Shown: in pieces, positions 23,397 to 35,449 of the stretch
Layout of the letters: each line of letters opens with the position of its first letter
How positions within the stretch are numbered: the first letter of the stretch is position 1
Source of the DNA: Paracoccaceae bacterium
Lineage (GTDB): Bacteria; Pseudomonadota; Alphaproteobacteria; Rhodobacterales; Rhodobacteraceae
Direction: 5' to 3'
Assembly: GCA_965216225.1 (NCBI GenBank)
Contig: CBDCFF010000024.1
Location: forward strand, 27,321 to 91,320
DNA: 64,000 nt
Position numbers and translations under genes: made by a program
The notes under the pieces: model-generated
Databases searched by the model: none
The model's input: the letters and a program-made list of their open reading frames with translations, nothing else
What the model was told of the DNA's origin: nothing

Positions 23397-23781
23397 TCTT
23401 TTCGTCCACATTGCCCCGGTCCCGCATCCGCGGCACCTTCACTGGTACCGGGCCGATGCCGGTCATGACCTCGCGCTCGGGCAGATGACCATGGCGCACC
23501 AGCCGCGCACGGCCATCGTCCGTCACCTCGCGGGCATGGGCGGCGAGGAGCGTGGCCAATTCCGCTTCCACCGCCTGTTTGAGCAGTTGGCGCGCGCCGG
23601 TTTGCAGGATGTCGGTCAGCGGGTCAGACGAAAATCCCGATGGACCGGGCAACGGCGTGATGGTAGACTTCGTCATGTGGCATATCCTTTTCTCTACTGA
23701 GAATTGCGCCGCGTGAACAACGCCATGATAGGCCGCCAATCAGCGCCATAACCAACTTTCGGCTATAACTCACTATTCATA
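23397..23781 (-). mobile_element. IS256-family copy Y, 5' part (IR plus first 90 or so codons)
   Basis: Starts with the tcttttcgt repeat. Encodes MTKSTITPLPGPSGF...NVDEK on the minus strand (start 23676). The IR ...CTTTCGGCTATAACTC ends at 23781. Confidence 0.85.
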
Positions 23782-23817
23782 TGGTCCGCACCCTGAAAGC
23801 TGCGTATAACCCATCGC

Positions 23818-25791
23818 ATGATGATCGAACTCGGCCACTTTGCCCTGATCCTCGCCTTTGCGGTTGCCATTGTGCAGGCCGTGGTGCCGATGGTGGGCGC
23901 CTGGAAGGGATGGCGCGGCTGGATGGCGGTGGCGGAGCCGGCGGCGAACGCGCAGTTTCTGCTGATCGGGTTTGCCTTTGCCGCGCTGACCCGTGCTTTT
24001 GTGACCTCTGACTTTTCACTACGGGTCGTGGTGGCAAATTCCCATACGCTGAAGCCGATGCTTTACAAGGTGACGGGGGTATGGGGGAACCATGAGGGTT
24101 CGATGCTGCTGTGGGTCTTGATCCTGAGCCTTTTCGGGGCGTCGGCGGCGTGGTTCGGGCAAGGGTTGCCGGAGCATCTGCGGGCGCGGGTTCTGAGTGT
24201 GCAGGCCGCGATCGGGGTGGCGTTTCTGGCCTTTATCCTGTTTACCTCCAATCCTTTCCAGCGCATGGCGACGCCACCGTTCAACGGGCAGGATCTGAAT
24301 CCGCTGTTGCAGGATCCGGGGCTGGCGTTTCACCCGCCGTTCCTCTATCTCGGCTATGTCGGGCTTTCCATGGCGTTCAGCTTTGCGGTGGCGGCGCTGA
24401 TCGGTGGGCGGGTCGATGCGGCCTGGGGGCGCTGGGTGCGGCCCTGGACGCTGGCGGCGTGGCTGTTTCTGACCATCGGCATCGCGCTGGGGTCGTGGTG
24501 GGCGTACTATGAACTGGGATGGGGCGGTTTCTGGTTCTGGGATCCGGTGGAGAATGCGAGTTTCATGCCGTGGCTTCTGGCCACCGCGCTGTTGCATTCG
24601 GCGATTGTGGTGGAGAAGCGCGAGAGCCTGAAAGGCTGGACGGTCCTTCTGGCGATCATGGCCTTCGGCTTTTCGCTGATCGGGACGTTTATCGTGCGCT
24701 CGGGCGCTCTGACCTCTGTCCACGCCTTTGCCAATGACCCGGAGCGGGGGGTGTTCATCCTGATCATCCTGGCGATTTTCATGGGCGGCGCGCTGAGCCT
24801 TTACGCCGCGCGGGCGTCGGCGCTGGAGGCGAAGGGCGTCTTTGCCGTGGTCAGCCGGGAAAGCGCGCTGATTCTGAACAATATCCTGCTGGCGGTGTCG
24901 GCCTTTGTGGTGTTCGTCGGCACGGTCTGGCCGCTGGTGGCGGATATCGCGTTTGACCGCCCCCTGTCGGTGGGGCCGCCGTTTTTCAATGCGGCGTTCA
25001 CGCCCTTCATGCTGGGGCTTGCGTTGATCCTGCCCCTGGGCGCGACATTGCCGTGGAAGCGGGCGCGGCTGGGGCGGGCGATTTTCGCGATGCGCCATGT
25101 GCTGGGTTTCGCGGCTGCATCGGCCCTGCTGGTCTGGGCGATGGCCGAGAACAGGAGCGCGCTGGCGCCGGTCGGATTGTTCCTGGGCGTCTGGCTGGGG
25201 CTGGGGGCCGGGGCGGACTTGTGGCAGCGGTCGGGCCGGAAGGGTATTGCGGACCGGATGCGGCGCGTGATGCGTTTGCCGCGGGCCGACTGGGGCAAGG
25301 CCACGGCCCATGCGGGGCTGGGGGTGAGCGTGTTTGGCATTGCCGGGCTGCTGGCCTGGGAGGTTGAGGATATTCGGGTCGTGAAGCCGGGTGATGTCTT
25401 TGAGGCTGGCGGGTATGAGATCGCTCTGGCCGGGGTGGCGGAGGTCGAGGGGCCGAATTACCTGAGCACCATGGCCGAGATGGTTGTGAAGCGGAACGGG
25501 CGCGAGGTGTCGCGGCTGTTTCCTGAAAAACGCATCTACCCGGTGGCGCGGATGCCCACGACAGAAGCGGCGATTGACAACGGCGTGATGCGCGACATCT
25601 ATCTGGTGATCGGTGATGCGCAGGAGGGCGGCGGCTGGACCGTTCGCACCTATGTCAAGCCCTTTGTCAACTGGATCTGGGCCGGTGCGATCATCATGGC
25701 GTCGGGCGGATTGCTGAGCCTGTCGGACCGGCGGTATCGGGTGGCGGCGGGGGCGCGGAAGGCGCACGGTGCGGCCGTGGCGGCGAAGTAG
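23818..25791 (+). CDS. ccmF: cytochrome c-type biogenesis protein CcmF (System I haem lyase subunit)
   Basis: 657-aa polytopic membrane protein with the WGGFWFWDPVEN tryptophan-rich motif. Confidence 0.92.
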   Translation: MMIELGHFALILAFAVAIVQAVVPMVGAWKGWRGWMAVAEPAANAQFLLIGFAFAALTRAFVTSDFSLRVVVANSHTLKPMLYKVTGVWGNHEGSMLLWVLILSLFGASAAWFGQGLPEHLRARVLSVQAAIGVAFLAFILFTSNPFQRMATPPFNGQDLNPLLQDPGLAFHPPFLYLGYVGLSMAFSFAVAALIGGRVDAAWGRWVRPWTLAAWLFLTIGIALGSWWAYYELGWGGFWFWDPVENASFMPWLLATALLHSAIVVEKRESLKGWTVLLAIMAFGFSLIGTFIVRSGALTSVHAFANDPERGVFILIILAIFMGGALSLYAARASALEAKGVFAVVSRESALILNNILLAVSAFVVFVGTVWPLVADIAFDRPLSVGPPFFNAAFTPFMLGLALILPLGATLPWKRARLGRAIFAMRHVLGFAAASALLVWAMAENRSALAPVGLFLGVWLGLGAGADLWQRSGRKGIADRMRRVMRLPRADWGKATAHAGLGVSVFGIAGLLAWEVEDIRVVKPGDVFEAGGYEIALAGVAEVEGPNYLSTMAEMVVKRNGREVSRLFPEKRIYPVARMPTTEAAIDNGVMRDIYLVIGDAQEGGGWTVRTYVKPFVNWIWAGAIIMASGGLLSLSDRRYRVAAGARKAHGAAVAAK

Positions 25792-25795
25792 GGGC

Positions 25796-26368
25796 ATGTT
25801 CGTGACCTTGTCGGAATCATCGCTTGAGGCTCTGCGTGGTTCATTCGCCGGGGCGTCGGGTTTGCGTCGCCCCTCCGGCTGGTCGCTCCCCTCGTCCTTT
25901 CGCGTGACCGCAGCGGGTTTCGCGGCTCTCTCTCTCTTCATCTTCGTTTGTCTTTCGATGCCCGCCGCCGCCGTCGAACCGGACGAAATGCTTTCTGACC
26001 CGGTGCTGGAGGCGCGGGCGCGGGCGCTGGATGCGGATATTCGCTGTGTGCAATGCCGGTCGGAGAATATAGCCTCGTCCAATGCCGACTGGGCGCGGGA
26101 TGCGCGGCTGATCGTGCGGGAGCTGATCTTTGCCGGCGCCGGCGATGCCGAGGTTCTTGATTTCTTCGTTGAACGCTATGGCGAGCGGGTGCTGATGAAC
26201 CCGCGCAAGGATGGGGCCAACGCGATTCTGTGGGCGGCGGGACCGGTCATGCTGGTTCTGGCGCTGCTGATCGGCGCTTTCCATCTGCGCCGCCGCCGGG
26301 CCGGTCGGGAGCCACCATCGCTGACCGAGGCAGAGCAGGCGCGGCTGGATGACATTCTGAAAGGCTGA
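25796..26368 (+). CDS. ccmH: cytochrome c-type biogenesis protein CcmH/CycL
   Basis: IRCVQCRSENIASSNA (CxxC) followed by a transmembrane helix. Lies immediately downstream of ccmF. The start is uncertain. Confidence 0.8.
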   Translation: MFVTLSESSLEALRGSFAGASGLRRPSGWSLPSSFRVTAAGFAALSLFIFVCLSMPAAAVEPDEMLSDPVLEARARALDADIRCVQCRSENIASSNADWARDARLIVRELIFAGAGDAEVLDFFVERYGERVLMNPRKDGANAILWAAGPVMLVLALLIGAFHLRRRRAGREPPSLTEAEQARLDDILKG

Positions 26369-26449
26369 CGCCGGGTTTCGCTTTCCCTCGCTGCCCGGCG
26401 GGATAGACTGCACCGGACAATTTTCGCCAGACAATTCCGGAGGGGTGGA

Positions 26450-27226
26450 ATGGACTATGAGGCAATCCGGCTGGACATTCGGGACGACATTGCCGTTCTG
26501 ACACTGAACCGGCCTGAATCGAAGAATGCGCTGAATTCCCGGATGCGGGCGGAAATTACCCATGCGGTCCGGTACTCCGGCCAGCAGGCGCGGGTTGTGG
26601 CGATAACCGGGACCGCCGGGGCGTTCTGTTCCGGTCAGGATCTGGGCAGCGGGCGCAGCGCGGCGCATATGGATATGGAACGCATCCTGCGCGACGAATA
26701 CGTGCCGATGCTGATGGCGATCGTCGAATGCCCGGTGCCCACCCTTGCCGCCGTCAATGGTGCCGCCGCCGGGGCGGGGGCCAATCTGGCGCTTGCCGCC
26801 GATGTGGCGATTGCAACGGCATCGGCTTCTTTTCTGCAACCCTTTGCACGGGTCGGGCTGATCCCCGGGGCAGGCGGCACCTATTGGCCGCCGCGTCAGA
26901 TGGGGCTGGCCAAGGCGCTGGGCGCGGCGCTGTTCGCGGAACCGATCACCGCCCGGCAGGCCAGTGACTGGGGTCTGATCTGGGAGGCCGTGCCGGATGC
27001 GCAATTCGAAGATCACTGGCGCGGGCGCGCCGCGAGCCTGGCCAGGGGACCAACGGTCGCCTATGGCCATCTGAAGGCTGCGATGCGGGCGAGTCTGCAC
27101 AATTCACTGGATGAGCAATTGTTGCTGGAGGCACGATTGCAGGGCGCCTGCGGGCAGACCCGGGATTTTCAGGAGGGCGTGCAGGCGTTTCTGGAAAAGC
27201 GGGCGGCGAAATACGAAGGCCGCTGA
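26450..27226 (+). CDS. enoyl-CoA hydratase/isomerase (crotonase) family protein
   Basis: 258 aa, IAVLTLNRPESKNALN...ITGTAGAFCSGQDL...AAVNGAAAGAGANLALAAD. Confidence 0.85.
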   Translation: MDYEAIRLDIRDDIAVLTLNRPESKNALNSRMRAEITHAVRYSGQQARVVAITGTAGAFCSGQDLGSGRSAAHMDMERILRDEYVPMLMAIVECPVPTLAAVNGAAAGAGANLALAADVAIATASASFLQPFARVGLIPGAGGTYWPPRQMGLAKALGAALFAEPITARQASDWGLIWEAVPDAQFEDHWRGRAASLARGPTVAYGHLKAAMRASLHNSLDEQLLLEARLQGACGQTRDFQEGVQAFLEKRAAKYEGR

Positions 27227-27541
27227 AGCCGTTTCAGGCCGCTTTGCGCCGCATCCCGCGTGGCGTGAGTGTTCCGGGCACGCGCCCGGCAAACAGGGGC
27301 GGCGGCGGCAATATGGGGCGCGCCGCGCATTGCCGGGAAGTCATGGGGCGCGATTCCGCTGGCATGTCTCACCGGATCACGGATCGGCCCGGCCAGCATA
27401 CCATGGCGGCCAATCCCCCGGGCCCGCGAACGGGGCGCGGCGTTCGTGTCTGGAGGCGGTTTCGATCAGGGTCGGCATCGGAAGCGCCGCGCCCATCGGG
27501 AGTAGGAAAAACTGTGGGGTCAATTGGATTTCTGGCAGATA

Positions 27542-28754
27542 CGGCCAAGGGTAGTACTTGAGCATGAAAGACACTCTGTCTTCATCTAGTCACCTGCATC
27601 TAAAGTTCGGCCCATGAGTTTTGTTGGGCGCGTTGGCAGAACCGCTTGACGGAGGCGAGGATATGGTCGGCGGGTTTGACCCATTTGCAGGGTTTGGGGT
27701 TTTCGTTATGGGCCTCGATAAATGCAGCGATATCGGCTTCCGGTTCCGCCGTTGAACGATGGACGCCGCGCAGCAGTTGCTTGCGCGTCAGTTCAGCAAA
27801 CCAACGCTCCACCTGATTGATCCAACCAGCCGGGGGCGGTGTGAAGTGGACATGCCAATGCGGGCGGCGTGCCAGCCAGGCCTTGATCTTCGGGGTTTTG
27901 TGGGTGGCGTAATTGTCCATGACGATATGCACCTCCGGCCCGTCCGGCATCTGCCGGTCGATCTGTTTGAGGAAGTCGAGGAACCCGGTGGCGCGGCGCC
28001 GCTTGCAGCATTTGCCGATCACGGCGCCGGTGGCGATATCCAGTGCTGCAAAAAGCGACGTCGTGCCGTGTCGGATGCAGGTGTGGGTGCGCCGCTCGGC
28101 CACGCCGGGCGCCATTGGCAGCACAGGCTGTTCGCGATCCAGCGCCTGGATTTGCGATTTCTCGTCAACACACAACACGACAGCCCTGTTCGGCGGCGAC
28201 AGGTACAGCCCGACGATATCGTGCACCTTGTCCACCAACAGCGGGTCGGTTGAGAGCTTGAATGTCTCGCTTCGGTGCGGTTGCAGGCCGAACCCGTTCC
28301 AAATCCGCCGGATGGTGGTGTGCGACAGTCCCGTCGCCGCAGCCATGCTTCGGAGCGACCAATGGGTCGCATCCCTCGGGGTCGTGTTCAGCGTGCGCTC
28401 AATCACCGCAGTCACCTGATCGTCCGACACGGTGCGCGGGCGACCGGAGCGGTATTCGTCGGTGAGACCTTCAATCCGGCAGCGCACAAAACGTCTGCGC
28501 CATTTGCCGACTGTGTGTTCATGCACCCCAAGCCGGGCCGCCACTTCCTTGCTCGCCAATCCATCGGCGCACAGCAGGATCATCCGGCATCGGTCCGACA
28601 GCGAACGTGCCGCTTTGTGACGCCGAACCTGACCCTCGAGAAAACGGCGCTCATCTTCGCTCAGAACCACTGCATCCGCCAAACGTCCCACCATCGCAAC
28701 ATCCTCCTCAATTCCCGCTCAGTCAATGATACAAATTACAATTCCGGGTGACCA
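27542..28754 (-). mobile_element. IS630-family (type a) element, copy 2, apparently complete (left boundary approximate)
   Basis: The right junction ...attccgggtgacca|ggctcagg is the same IS630/IS427 junction as at 17546/17547. The left end is guessed from a TA at 27540-27541 and weak IR similarity. Confidence 0.65.
27600..28694 (-). CDS. IS630-family transposase
   Basis: 364 aa with N-terminal HTH domains and a DDE_3 core (CVDEKSQIQALDR...IVMDNYATHK...INQVERWF). Confidence 0.9.
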   Translation of the reverse strand: MVGRLADAVVLSEDERRFLEGQVRRHKAARSLSDRCRMILLCADGLASKEVAARLGVHEHTVGKWRRRFVRCRIEGLTDEYRSGRPRTVSDDQVTAVIERTLNTTPRDATHWSLRSMAAATGLSHTTIRRIWNGFGLQPHRSETFKLSTDPLLVDKVHDIVGLYLSPPNRAVVLCVDEKSQIQALDREQPVLPMAPGVAERRTHTCIRHGTTSLFAALDIATGAVIGKCCKRRRATGFLDFLKQIDRQMPDGPEVHIVMDNYATHKTPKIKAWLARRPHWHVHFTPPPAGWINQVERWFAELTRKQLLRGVHRSTAEPEADIAAFIEAHNENPKPCKWVKPADHILASVKRFCQRAQQNSWAEL

Positions 28755-29588
28755 GGCTCAGGACTCATAGCCAGAATATGACGGTTGCAGCGATGTATAT
28801 GGCGGATTTGAATACATGTGCGCATCGGTCATAGCGCATCGCGATGCGCCTCCAATCCTTGAGTTTTGCGAACAGGTTTTCGACCTTGTGCCGCCTCTTG
28901 TAGGTTTCGGCGCAGTGGGGGATGGTTTTGTTGCGGTTTTTCCTTGAAGGGATGCAAACCTCAATCTTCTGATCTTCAATGATTTTTCGAACCTTTGCGC
29001 TGTCGTAGCCCCGATCCGCGATCAGAACCCTGGCCGCAGGCAGGTTGGGCAGCAAAACATCCGCGCCCTTGAAGTCGCTACGCTGACCCGCCGTCAGATG
29101 CAGCCTGACAGGGCGACCCGCACCGTCTCCAACGACATGCAGTTTCGTATTCAGTCCTCCCTTTGTACGCCCGATCAGGCGTGGCTCGGAGCCCCCTTTT
29201 TGAGGCTGGACGCCGTGCGATGTGCCTTGAGATGGGTTGCGTCAATCATGAGGGTGTCGGCGTCCGGGCCAGAGGGGTTGGCCAATTCTTCGAAAATTCG
29301 TTCGAAAATACCTTTGCGGGACCAGCGCACAAACCGATTGTAGAGCGTTTTGTGAGGGCCGTATTCGACAGGCGCATCGCGCCAGCGTAGACCGTTGCGA
29401 ATAATGAAAATAATACCACTCAGCACACGACGGTCATCGACCCGGGGTTTGCCATGGGGCTTGGGAAAGAAGGGCTCAAGGCGCGCTGTTTGTGCCTCCG
29501 TCAGCCAGAAAGGATCGCTCATGTCACTACTCCGTTTTGCAGAACACTGATTCACACGTTCAAAACAAAGTCAATGGGTCCTGAGCCT
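28755..29588 (-). mobile_element. IS5-family, IS427-group element, copy 2 (834 bp)
   Basis: IRs GGCTCAGGACTCATAGCC (28755-) and ...GTCAATGGGTCCTGAGCC (-29588), followed by TA. Confidence 0.85.
28765..29522 (-). CDS. IS427-group transposase, orfA/orfB with a putative -1 frameshift
   Basis: Same two-frame organisation as 16779-17536, with a few substitutions. Confidence 0.8.
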
Positions 29589-29590
29589 AT

Positions 29591-30654
29591 GTGTTCCATC
29601 CCGTATGATCATATTTCCCCTCGTCGATCTGCCCTTTTCATGGCAAGGTCGGTTCTGTGGGACATTCGGGACGGGTCTTGCGACCATGGTGATCCAACTT
29701 CACAAGCAGGCTACAACGACGCCGAAGGTTCGGTCGGCCCTCCAGGCCAGTGATGCGTCTGCTTCCATCTTGGCGGAGCGATACGGGACGACCGAGCAGA
29801 CTGTCTACAAATGGCGGCGCCGCGATGGCGTCGAGGATCGCAGCCACACGCCACACCGGCTGCAAACCACGCTGACACCGGCGCAAGAGGCGGTTGCGGT
29901 GACCTTGCGCAGGACGCTGCTGGTATCACTCGACGACCTGCTGGCGGTGGTGCGAGAGTTCCTGAATCCGAATGCCTCGCGCTCTGGCCTGGACCGCTGC
30001 CTTCGTCGTCATGGTGTGGGAAACCTACGCGATCTGAAGGCCAAAGCACCGAAGCCGAAGCACAGCGCCTTCAAGGCCTACGAGCCAGGATACATACACA
30101 TCGACCTGAAATACCTACCGCAAATGGCCGATGAAACCTCGCGCCGCTATCTTTTCGTGGCCATCGACCGGGCGACGCGTTGGGTCTTCATTCGTGTCTT
30201 CAAAGCCAGGACTGCCGCCAACGCCCGCCGCTTCCTGCGCGATCTGGAACGGGCCTGCCCGATTTGCATCCGCACTGTGTTGACCGATAACGGCAAGGAG
30301 TTCACCGACCGGCTGTTTGGTCTACGCAAACGCGCTGCAACCGGCGCGCATGCGTTCGATGCGCTTTGCGCAGACCTTGATATCGACCACCGCTTGACCC
30401 CGCCGAAGTCGCCCCAAACCAACGGCATGGTCGAGAGGTTCAACGGCCGCATCGAGGAGGTGCTCCAAAGCCATCACTTCCGTTCCGGCGAAAACCTGGA
30501 GACAACGCTGCACCGCTATGTCTGGCTCTACAACCAGCAGTTTCCTCAGTCGGCATTGAGCACCAGAACGCCCTTGCAGGCCATGAAGGACTGGCACAAA
30601 CTCAAGCCGGAACTGTTCAAAAAACAGCCATACTACCTTCCGGGATGTGACACA
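29591..30654 (+). mobile_element. IS481-family element, copy 2 (about 80% similar to copy 1 by eye)
   Basis: Perfect terminal IR TGTGTTCCATCCCG... / ...CGGGATGTGACACA. Flanked by TA on both sides, so the reconstructed target is ccTAgc and contains CTAG. Confidence 0.85.
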
Positions 30655-30657
30655 TAG
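29686..30657 (+). CDS. IS481-family transposase; the stop codon TAG is supplied by the flank
   Basis: MVIQLHKQATTTPKVR...HIDLKYL...LTDNGKEF...PQTNGMVERFN...PGCDT. The TAG at 30655-30657 lies just outside the terminal IR. Confidence 0.88.
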   Translation: MVIQLHKQATTTPKVRSALQASDASASILAERYGTTEQTVYKWRRRDGVEDRSHTPHRLQTTLTPAQEAVAVTLRRTLLVSLDDLLAVVREFLNPNASRSGLDRCLRRHGVGNLRDLKAKAPKPKHSAFKAYEPGYIHIDLKYLPQMADETSRRYLFVAIDRATRWVFIRVFKARTAANARRFLRDLERACPICIRTVLTDNGKEFTDRLFGLRKRAATGAHAFDALCADLDIDHRLTPPKSPQTNGMVERFNGRIEEVLQSHHFRSGENLETTLHRYVWLYNQQFPQSALSTRTPLQAMKDWHKLKPELFKKQPYYLPGCDT

Positions 30658-30823
30658 CCAAGATGCGCAGTCAATTCGGCGCCCAACATCCGTTCCATCA
30701 ACTTGATCTTGAGCTCCTTCATCAGCCCGGCATCGCCGAGCAAATCCTCAGGCCGCTCGCAGCCCTCAGAAGTTCCCTGGAAATCGTCATCGTCATTGCT
30801 CCTCTCACAAAGCATGAAACAGA
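30655..30823 (-). mobile_element. second IS256-family type (b): N-terminal 52 codons only
   Basis: The minus strand reads MLCERSNDDDDFQGTSEGCERPEDLLGDAGLMKELKIKLMERMLGAELTAHLGY, a typical IS256 N-terminus. It is cut by IS481 on the left and IS66 on the right. Confidence 0.7.
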
Positions 30824-30869
30824 GTGACCGTTCGGTGAAGGAGCCTTGGCGTACTGCCGGTCGTCCCGG

Positions 30870-32387
30870 TTACGCTGCTGATGCAGCGTAACGCCAGGGC
30901 ATCAGCTCGTCCAGCCGAGTGATCTTGTGATCCGCGATGCGGGCGAGAACCCATGTGAGCCAGGCTTGTGGATCGACTTTATTAAGCTTTGCCGTTTCGA
31001 TCAGGGTGTAGGCGATGGCCATGGCTTTGCCACCGCCCTCGGAACCGGCGAACATCCAATTTTTGCGACCTATGGCGACAGGTTTTATGGCGCGTTCGGC
31101 GATGTTGTTGTCCGCTTCCAGAAAGCCATGGTTCAAATAACCGCGTGCCTTTGGCAAACGACCAAGGGCATAACGGATCGCTTGGGCCAGAGGCGACTTG
31201 CCAGATATATTTGGCAACTGCGCGTGTAACCAGGTCTCAAGTTCATCGAAGATCGGTTTTGCCTTTTCCTGACGGATGGCAACGCGCTCTTCAGACGGTT
31301 TGCCACGCGCCTCTTTCTCGACGGCATAGAGTTCCGCGATCCGGCGGAGGGCTTCTTCGGCAATCGATGAGCCTTGCGCGGCAAAGATGTCTACAAACTT
31401 GCGTCTGACGTGCGCCAAACAAGCCATCTCCTGGGCCTTGTCCTCACCGAATACCCCGTTGAAGCCGGAATACCCGTCCGCATGGACCCAGCCTTTGTAG
31501 CCGGAGAGATGTGAGACGGGATGTTCGCCCTTGCGATCAATCGTGAACTGATACCACGCGCAGGGCGGTGATGATCCAGACCATGGTCGTTCATCGCGAA
31601 CATAGGTCCAGACACGGGCGGTCCTGGTCTTCTTGTTGCCGGGGGCCTGCATTTTAACAGGCGTATCATCAGCGAAGGTGGCCGCGCCTCGGCGGACCAT
31701 TCGGCCAATGGTGTCAGCCAGAGGTTCCAGAAGCGCGGTGGAGCCGCCAACCCAATTGGTCAGAGTTGATCGATTAAGATCAACGCCTTCACGGGCGTAT
31801 ATTTGCGACTGACGGTAGAGCGGCAGGTGGTCCGCGTATTTGCTGACCAACACGTGCGCCAGCAGCCCCGGTCCCGGGCGGCCACGTTCGATCGGGCGCG
31901 ATGGCAGCGGCGATTGGACAATGGCCTCGCAACAGGAACAGGCCATACGCGGACGCACGATCCGGTTCACGACAAAACGCCCCGGTTTGTATTCCAACTC
32001 CTCGGTCACGTCCTCACCGAGCCTCTTCAACGCCCCACCGCAACGTCGGCAGTCCTCGCCCGGCGACAAGACCTCTTCGTGCCGGTCCAGATGATCGGGC
32101 AAGGGCTTGCGGCTGTGCCGGCGGGCCGGTTTGTCCGTTTCAGGCGTTGGAGCAGGCGCCGCCTGTTCTCCAGCGGCTTCGGCAATCGCCTCATCTTCCT
32201 GGAAGACCAGATTGAGCTGGTAGAGGCTTTCTGATTTCGATCCAAACCGGTGCCGGTCATGCCCCGCCAGTTGGTGTTGGAGTTGTTCCACCTTCAGGGT
32301 CAGCGCCTTGACTTCATCGGCCAGAAGCCGGTTCACTGCCCGCAGTTCCGCAGGATCATCCGGGGATATGTCGAGGTCCTTCAGCAT
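30870..32387 (-). CDS. tnpC: IS66 transposase TnpC
   Basis: 505 aa, 7 substitutions relative to copy 1. Confidence 0.9.
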   Translation of the reverse strand: MLKDLDISPDDPAELRAVNRLLADEVKALTLKVEQLQHQLAGHDRHRFGSKSESLYQLNLVFQEDEAIAEAAGEQAAPAPTPETDKPARRHSRKPLPDHLDRHEEVLSPGEDCRRCGGALKRLGEDVTEELEYKPGRFVVNRIVRPRMACSCCEAIVQSPLPSRPIERGRPGPGLLAHVLVSKYADHLPLYRQSQIYAREGVDLNRSTLTNWVGGSTALLEPLADTIGRMVRRGAATFADDTPVKMQAPGNKKTRTARVWTYVRDERPWSGSSPPCAWYQFTIDRKGEHPVSHLSGYKGWVHADGYSGFNGVFGEDKAQEMACLAHVRRKFVDIFAAQGSSIAEEALRRIAELYAVEKEARGKPSEERVAIRQEKAKPIFDELETWLHAQLPNISGKSPLAQAIRYALGRLPKARGYLNHGFLEADNNIAERAIKPVAIGRKNWMFAGSEGGGKAMAIAYTLIETAKLNKVDPQAWLTWVLARIADHKITRLDELMPWRYAASAA

Positions 32388-32551
32388 CGCCGATCCTATA
32401 CCAGATCAGCATTCCGGGGTGAACTGTAGCGCGACAATCAAGATGAGAAGTGCGCGTCAATCAGGATGAGAATCCTTGGTCGCGACGTTTGGGACGATGC
32501 CGGGCTTTTGTGCCGCGATCAAGGGGTTTGTTTTTTGATTGTCGCGGAGCG

Positions 32552-34908
<2,357 letters not shown>

Positions 34909-35062
34909 TTATCCGAGCCGGCCACAACCGTCAGGCCCGCCCCAAAAGGGCAAAACGCGTGTGCGGGGCCTCCCCAGTCGGGCTACGCCCTCCCTGCGAG
35001 CCCCCGCACACGCGTTCTCATCCTGATTGACGCTGGATTCTCACCTTGTTTGTCGCGCAGCA

Positions 35063-35449
35063 GTGAACCCCGAAAGCGCGCAAAGCCTCGTATTTATTGA
35101 CCTGTCCTACGCTCAACGGTCTCCAGGTTTTACGGGGCATCCGCCAGTCAATCCCCTCCAACAGCATTGAGAGCTGCGCGGGTGTGACGCTGATCTTGCC
35201 GTCCTTTGCAGCGGGCCAGACAAACCGCCCTTTCTCCAACCGCTTCGAAAACAGGCACGCGCCCTGGCAATCCCACCAGATGATCTTCAACAGATCGCCG
35301 CGCCGACCCCGGAACACGAACAGGTGGCCGGAATACGGGTCTTCGGCCAAAACCTTCTCGGCCTGGGCCGCCAGCGTAGTGAACCCTCGCCGCATGTCCG
35401 TGACACCCGCCGACAGCCACACCCGCGTGTTGCCCGGCGCCGGGATCAA
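35063..35449 (-). pseudogene. tnpB: IS66 orf2 (TnpB), 3' extension replaced by IS21 sequence
   Basis: [28 protein letters not shown]... is intact through the core. The ORF then reads into the IS21 terminus. Confidence 0.75.

Noticed and set aside
24019-26082. Very long antisense or alternative-frame ORFs. Examples: 24019-26082 (687 aa), 37043-38266, 39685-40902, 42197-43621, 46138-48450 (770 aa), 49940-52183 (747 aa), 55710-57599 (629 aa) and 61647-63773 (708 aa).
   Set aside because: They lie opposite or out of frame to genes with unmistakable conserved motifs (ccmF, gyrB, recF, dnaA, ubiB, pnp, tolA, ftsH). Their translations are Arg/Pro/Gly/Ala-rich and low-complexity, the usual stop-codon-poor artefact of high-GC DNA.
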